Shown here: positions 59,025 to 64,000 of the stretch, one piece after another
How the letters are laid out: each line of letters opens with the position of its first letter
Numbering within the stretch: the stretch's first letter is position 1
Source of the DNA: an uncultured Verrucomicrobiae bacterium
Lineage (GTDB): Bacteria > Verrucomicrobiota > Verrucomicrobiia > Chthoniobacterales > Chthoniobacteraceae
Direction: 5' to 3'
DNA length: 64,000 nt
NCBI GenBank assembly: GCA_963769025.1
Contig: CAVYKI010000003.1
Location: 224,001-288,000, forward strand
Made by a program: the position numbers and the translations under genes
Notes under the pieces: generated by a model
What the model saw: only the letters and a program-made list of their open reading frames with translations
Database searches by the model: none
Told to the model about the DNA's origin: nothing

Positions 59025-59735
59025 ATGAACCCGCTCACCCGCCGCGACGCCCTCAAAACCCTCGTTCTCACCACCGGCGCAATCGCCACTTCGGGCGCCT
59101 TTGCGCAGCCCGCCGCCACGCCGCCGGAAGTCTTCAAGCTCCCCCCGCTCGGCTACGACTACGACGCACTGGAGCCGATCATCGACGCCGAGACGATGAA
59201 GATTCACCACGACAAGCACCACGCGGCGTACGTGGCGAAGCTGAACGCCGCCATCGCCAAGGAGCCGTCGCTCGCAAGCAAGACCATTGAGGATCTGCTC
59301 ACCAAGCTCGATGCCGCGCCGGAAGGTGTTCGCAACGACATCCGCAACCACGGCGGCGGACACTTCAACCACATGCTTTTCTGGCAGCACCTGAAAAAAG
59401 GAGCCGGCGGCGCACAGGGCGATCTGCTCAAGGCGATCGAGAAGACCTTTGGTTCGTTCGCAAAATGGCAGGAGCAGTTCGGTGACAGCGCGATGAAAGT
59501 TTTCGGCAGCGGCTGGACATGGCTCGTTCTCCGCAAGGGTGCGCTCGCCATTGAAAACACGCCCAACCAGGATTCACCGCTGAGCACCGGCGGCCAGCCG
59601 TTGCTCGGCATCGACGTATGGGAGCACGCGTACTACCTGAAGTACCAGAACCGGCGCGTCGAATACGTGAAGGCATTCCAGGACGTCATCCACTGGGAGT
59701 TCGTCGGCGCGCGCTACAAGAAGCTGAAGGCCTAG
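59025..59735 (+). CDS. sodA: Mn/Fe superoxide dismutase with Tat signal, likely Mn-type
   Basis: TRRDALK signal; HHDKHH, NHGGGHFNH, FGSGW, PNQD, DVWEHAYY. Confidence 0.9.
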   Translation: MNPLTRRDALKTLVLTTGAIATSGAFAQPAATPPEVFKLPPLGYDYDALEPIIDAETMKIHHDKHHAAYVAKLNAAIAKEPSLASKTIEDLLTKLDAAPEGVRNDIRNHGGGHFNHMLFWQHLKKGAGGAQGDLLKAIEKTFGSFAKWQEQFGDSAMKVFGSGWTWLVLRKGALAIENTPNQDSPLSTGGQPLLGIDVWEHAYYLKYQNRRVEYVKAFQDVIHWEFVGARYKKLKA

Positions 59736-59772
59736 GCGCGGCGAGGGAGTCCCGGCGGCGTTTCCGAGACCG

Positions 59773-60639
59773 ATGACCAGCCCTGCGATCTCGATCGAGA
59801 ACCTGACCAAGGAGTTCACGAACCCCTCGGTGTTCCGCCGCGGGAAAATCACGGCCGTCAACAACCTGACGCTCAGCGTCGAGCCCGGCAGCGTGTACGG
59901 CCTGCTCGGGCCGAACGGCTCCGGGAAGAGCACCACGATGAAGATCGTGCTCGGCCTCGTCACGCCGACCTCGGGCCGCACGTTCATCTTCGGCCGCGAC
60001 AGCCGCGACGTGGAGAGCCGCGAGGCCGTCGGATTCCTGCCGGAGAATCCGTACTTCTACAAATTCCTCACCGGCTCCGAGACGCTCGATTTCTTCGGCA
60101 GGCTCTGCGGGCTCGGCGGGAAAATGCTGCGCGACCGCTCGCGGGAACTCCTCGCGCTCGTCGGCCTGGAGGAGGCGGCGGATCGGCGCGTCGGCGGATA
60201 TTCGAAGGGCATGCTCCAGCGCATCGGCCTCGCGCAGGCGCTCGTGCAGGAGCCGCGGCTGCTCGTGCTCGATGAACCGACCGCCGGCGTGGATCCGGCG
60301 GGCTCGCGCGAGATTCGCGACCTGATTCTGAAGCTCAAGCAGCGCGGCATCACCGTCATGCTCTGCTCGCACCTGCTCAGCCAGGTGCAGGAAATCTGCG
60401 ACCGCATCGGCATCATGCACTACGGCAAACTCGTCCGGGAAGGGCCGCTCGATGAACTCATCACCATCGAAAACCAGACCGAGCTCGTCCTCGAAAACGC
60501 CACGCCTGCGCTGCTCGCCGAATTGCGCGAGCGCGCCGCAGCCGGCGGCGCGCGGGTGCTCGGCACGAACAAGCCGCAGCAAAACCTCGAGCGCTACTTT
60601 CTCGGCGTGACCGGCGAGGCGAAGGGCGAATACAAATGA
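59773..60639 (+). CDS. ABC-2 type transporter ATP-binding protein
   Basis: GPNGSGKST, YSKGMLQRIGLAQAL, LDEPTAGVD. Confidence 0.92.
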   Translation: MTSPAISIENLTKEFTNPSVFRRGKITAVNNLTLSVEPGSVYGLLGPNGSGKSTTMKIVLGLVTPTSGRTFIFGRDSRDVESREAVGFLPENPYFYKFLTGSETLDFFGRLCGLGGKMLRDRSRELLALVGLEEAADRRVGGYSKGMLQRIGLAQALVQEPRLLVLDEPTAGVDPAGSREIRDLILKLKQRGITVMLCSHLLSQVQEICDRIGIMHYGKLVREGPLDELITIENQTELVLENATPALLAELRERAAAGGARVLGTNKPQQNLERYFLGVTGEAKGEYK

Positions 60640-61556
60640 CTCCCGAAAGCTCCACCACCGTCGCGACGGTCCACGCCTCCGCGCACAAGCTCTTCTCCGG
60701 CCGGCGCACGTGGGCCATCGCGTCGAACACGTTCCGCGATCTCGTCCGGCAGAAGGTGTTCTACTTCATGCTCGTCTTCGCGCTGATCCTCATCGCGACC
60801 TCGCTCGCGATGGCCTCGATCTCCTTCCAGGGCCAGCTCCAGACGGTGATGGATGTCTGCCTCGGCGCGATGTCCGTTTTTACGATGCTCCTCGCAGTGC
60901 TCTCGACGGCGATGCTGCTGCCGAAGGACATGGAGGACCGCACGCTTTACACCATCCTCGCGAAGCCGGTCGCGCGCTTCGAATACGTCCTGGGGAAGCT
61001 CATCGGCGTCACGATGATCCTGCTCGTGGCCACGCTGCTGATGACGGCGGCATTCTGCGTCGTGCTCTACTACTGGCAGGGCCGGGAGATCGAAAACCTC
61101 CGGCTCACGGAAGCGCCCGAGCGCGCCGCGGCAGAGATCGCAGCCCTGAAGACGGGCACATTCACGCCGACGCTGTTCGGCGGCATCGGCGTGATTTTCC
61201 TCCGCTCCATCGTGTGCGCGACGCTGACGCTGATGCTCTCGTGCTTCTCGACCTCATGGCTGTTCACCGTGATCACCTCGCTGATGATGATCCTCATCGG
61301 CCACCTCGTGCCGATCGCACGGAGCGTCTGGCAGGGACCGTTCGGCGCGGCGGATGTGGCATTCCCCGTCGCGATCCTGCTGCGCTTCATCACGGTTTTT
61401 TTCCCGGACATGCAGCTTTTCAATGTGGTGGATGACATCGCCGTCGGCGTCACGGTGAGCGCGGACGTCTTCCTCCGCGTCGGCGCGCTCGGGGCCGGCT
61501 ACATCGCGATCTACCTGCTCGTCGGCTATCTCTTTTTTGCGTGGCGGGAGCTATGA
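60636..61556 (+). CDS. ABC-2 type transporter permease
   Basis: Multiple TM helices, RTLYTILAKPVARFEYVLGK, C-terminal FAWREL. Confidence 0.88.
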   Translation: MTPESSTTVATVHASAHKLFSGRRTWAIASNTFRDLVRQKVFYFMLVFALILIATSLAMASISFQGQLQTVMDVCLGAMSVFTMLLAVLSTAMLLPKDMEDRTLYTILAKPVARFEYVLGKLIGVTMILLVATLLMTAAFCVVLYYWQGREIENLRLTEAPERAAAEIAALKTGTFTPTLFGGIGVIFLRSIVCATLTLMLSCFSTSWLFTVITSLMMILIGHLVPIARSVWQGPFGAADVAFPVAILLRFITVFFPDMQLFNVVDDIAVGVTVSADVFLRVGALGAGYIAIYLLVGYLFFAWREL

Positions 61557-61575
61557 AGCCGGGAGCTGAACTCCG

Positions 61576-62436
61576 ATGAAGGGCCGCATCCTCGGCATCC
61601 TCGTGTTGCTCGCGTGGGGGATCATCAAGTCGCCCATCGAGGCGCACCTCGAGCAGAAGATGGAGGACGCGCGGCTCGGCGGGTTCAAGCCGACCGCGAG
61701 CCTCCGCCAGCAGGCGGGGCAGGCGGGATTCCTCGCGGCGCTCGGCGGGTTGCGCGCGGCGGTCGCCGACATGCTTTGGATCCGCGCGACCGTCGCCTGG
61801 CAGGATGTGCAGTACGGCCGCATGAAGCTGCTCTTCGACACGTGCACCGCCATGCAGCCGCGGCGCGTGAATTTCTGGGACATCAGCGCGTGGCACATGG
61901 CCTGGAACGGAGCCGCGTACATCGAAAACCACGAGCCGGACCCCGTCGCTCGGAGGGTGAAAATGATGGAGTTTTTCAAGCTCGGCGAAGATTTCCTGCT
62001 GCGCGGAATCGAGAGCAACCCGGACAGCTGGGAGCTCTACGACAAGCTCGGCCTGCTCTACCGGGACAAGTTCAAGGACATGGCGAAAGCCTCGGCGGCG
62101 TACGACGAGGCGTCGAAGCGCCCGGGCCGTCTCGATTACACGCGCCGCTTCGCCGCCTACACGCTCGCCGAGGTCCCCGGCCGCGAGCAGGAAGCGTATG
62201 ACAGGCTGATGGCGCTTTTCCGCGAGAGCGAACACGAGTGGCTGCCGACGCTCTTCCGCCAGATCCAGAAACTCGAGGCGCGGCTCGACATCCCGGACGA
62301 AAAGCGCATCTACCACGTCATCGTGAAACTCGCCGACATTCCGGGAAAGGAGGACTCCGCTTACACCGCGCTGCGCGATCTCATCAAGACCGGCGCGCGC
62401 CAGCCGGCGGTGCTCGATGCGATGCGGCAGTCTTGA
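61576..62436 (+). CDS. Membrane-anchored TPR-like protein associated with the ABC transporter
   Basis: LGGLRAAVADMLWIRA...AWHMAWN...GIESNPDSWELY; same operon as the transporter genes. Confidence 0.7.
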   Translation: MKGRILGILVLLAWGIIKSPIEAHLEQKMEDARLGGFKPTASLRQQAGQAGFLAALGGLRAAVADMLWIRATVAWQDVQYGRMKLLFDTCTAMQPRRVNFWDISAWHMAWNGAAYIENHEPDPVARRVKMMEFFKLGEDFLLRGIESNPDSWELYDKLGLLYRDKFKDMAKASAAYDEASKRPGRLDYTRRFAAYTLAEVPGREQEAYDRLMALFRESEHEWLPTLFRQIQKLEARLDIPDEKRIYHVIVKLADIPGKEDSAYTALRDLIKTGARQPAVLDAMRQS

Positions 62437-62509
62437 ACAAAAGATGGACATCCCCGCCGAGCGCCGGATTAAGTTGCCCGCTCACGACTAGCCCCCTCAG
62501 ACAGAACCG

Positions 62510-63235
62510 ATGCGAATCGCCATCTTCGGAGACATCCACTCAAACCTCGAAGCCCTCCAGGCAGTGCTGGCGGACGCCAAGGCGCATCACTGCACTCACT
62601 TCGTCTGCCTCGGCGACATCGTCGGCTACAATGCGAACCCGAAGGAGTGCCTCGACATCGTCCGCGCGCTGGAATGCCCGACGGTGAAAGGAAACCACGA
62701 CGAGCTCGCGTGCATGAGCAACCATCCGAGCAACGTCTCGGGCCTCGCCAACGAAGGCATCACCTTCACCCGGTCGCAGCTCACGCCCGAGGATCTCGTG
62801 TGGCTCGACTCGCTGAAATTCGTCCGGCAGGTGCGCGACTTCACGGTCGTCCACGCGACGCTCGATACGCCGACCAAGTGGGGCTACGTCCTGAACCAGC
62901 TCGATGCGGGCGCAAGCTTCAGCTACCAGCACACGCAGCTGTGCTTCTTCGGCCACACGCACGTCCCGCGCGCCTACATCCGCGATCACCATGTGCGGAC
63001 CGTGGATAGCTGGGACACGATCATCGTCGAAGCGGGGAAGAAATATTTCCTCAATGTCGGCAGCGTCGGGCAGCCGCGCGACGGCAACTGGCGCGCATCG
63101 TACGCGATTTATCATCCAAAAGAGCACCATGTCGAACTCCGGCGGCTGGATTACGACGTCGAAACCGCGCAGAAAAAAATCATCGCCGCCGGACTGCCGC
63201 CACGGCTCGCCACGCGCCTGGGCGAAGGACGCTGA
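62510..63235 (+). CDS. Metallophosphoesterase
   Basis: DIHSNLEAL, LGDIVGY, GNHD, GHTH, NVGSVGQPRDG. Confidence 0.92.
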   Translation: MRIAIFGDIHSNLEALQAVLADAKAHHCTHFVCLGDIVGYNANPKECLDIVRALECPTVKGNHDELACMSNHPSNVSGLANEGITFTRSQLTPEDLVWLDSLKFVRQVRDFTVVHATLDTPTKWGYVLNQLDAGASFSYQHTQLCFFGHTHVPRAYIRDHHVRTVDSWDTIIVEAGKKYFLNVGSVGQPRDGNWRASYAIYHPKEHHVELRRLDYDVETAQKKIIAAGLPPRLATRLGEGR

Positions 63236-63271
63236 ATTGCGGCGCTGGCGCTGCGGTGAACCGGCATTTTT

Positions 63272-64000
63272 GTGACGGACCCGCGATCCATCCTCATCAT
63301 CAAGCCGAGTTCGCTCGGCGACGTGGTGCATGCGCTGCCCGCCGTCGCGCGCGTCCGCAGACGCTGGCCCGCCGCGAAGCTCCGCTGGCTCGTAAACACG
63401 GAGTGGGCGCCCATCCTCGAAGGGAATCCCGACATCGATGAGATCATCGAATTCCCACGGCAGCGCTTTCGCGGCCTCGCGGGATGGGCCAGGCTCCCGC
63501 GTTGGATTCGCGAATTACGCGAGCGGACAAGCCCGGACCTGACGCTCGATTTCCAGGGACTGCTGCGCAGCGCGTGGATCGCGCGCGGCGTCGGCGGCGA
63601 GTGCTGGGGAACTTCCGACTCACGGGAATGCGCGCGCCTTTTTCACCGCCGCATGGTCAGCGTCCCGCCGCGCTCCGAACCGGTCCACGCGGTGAAGCGT
63701 TACCTTGCGCTCGTCGCGGCGCTGGGCTGCGACGTTTCGGAGCCGCTCGAATGGAGGCTGCCCGCCGGCTCGGCACCCGCGGGCTGCCCGTCCGGATTCA
63801 TTCTGCTGCACCCCTTTTCCCGCGGCGAAGGCAAATCGCTCACCGCCACGGAAGTCACCGAGTTTTGCCGCTCGCTCGCGCCGGCAAAAGTCGTGCTCGC
63901 AGGCCGCTCCGATCTCGCGATTTCGCCGCTGGAAAACACGACCAACCTGCTCAACCGGACCACGCTGCCCGAACTGTGCTGGCTGCTGCGGCGGGCAGCG
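63272..64000 (+). CDS. Glycosyltransferase family 9 (heptosyltransferase-like), runs off the window end
   Basis: From GTG 63272: MTDPRSILIIKPSSLGDVVHALP...DFQGLLRSA; no stop before the end. Confidence 0.88.
   Translation, partial: MTDPRSILIIKPSSLGDVVHALPAVARVRRRWPAAKLRWLVNTEWAPILEGNPDIDEIIEFPRQRFRGLAGWARLPRWIRELRERTSPDLTLDFQGLLRSAWIARGVGGECWGTSDSRECARLFHRRMVSVPPRSEPVHAVKRYLALVAALGCDVSEPLEWRLPAGSAPAGCPSGFILLHPFSRGEGKSLTATEVTEFCRSLAPAKVVLAGRSDLAISPLENTTNLLNRTTLPELCWLLRRAA

Overview
High-GC bacterial chromosome segment, probably Verrucomicrobiota (inferred from gene content and protein style, not from a search). Most of it is housekeeping: rpsN, sixA, fabG, prfB with its programmed +1 frameshift, gltA, mcsA/mcsB, ilvE, tRNA-Ser(GGA), pyrH-frr, mnmA, gmd, tig-clpP-clpX, rpoA-rplQ, sufS-sufU, sodA and a nirK-cytochrome c/FGE/SCO cluster. 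Many conserved genes carry single-base indels, most likely read or assembly errors. Accessory highlights: (1) a complete IS110 element whose 5' non-coding end reads as a bridge RNA, with guide segments matching its own donor junction and insertion site, inserted into a REP-like palindromic element; (2) a candidate polymorphic toxin-immunity locus made of Trp-rich ~93-aa repeats, an LLPVDI junction and a low-GC papain-like Cys-His C-terminus, followed by two low-GC small genes; (3) an FHA-kinase-LRR gene with a 96-bp in-frame REP-doublet insertion and a low-GC LRR block, followed by a toxin-antitoxin module bracketed by a duplicate of the gene's 3' end; (4) a giant DUF1800 protein with inserted HGL beta-repeats next to DUF1501; (5) four intergenic inverted repeats with arms built from 7-9-nt tandem units.
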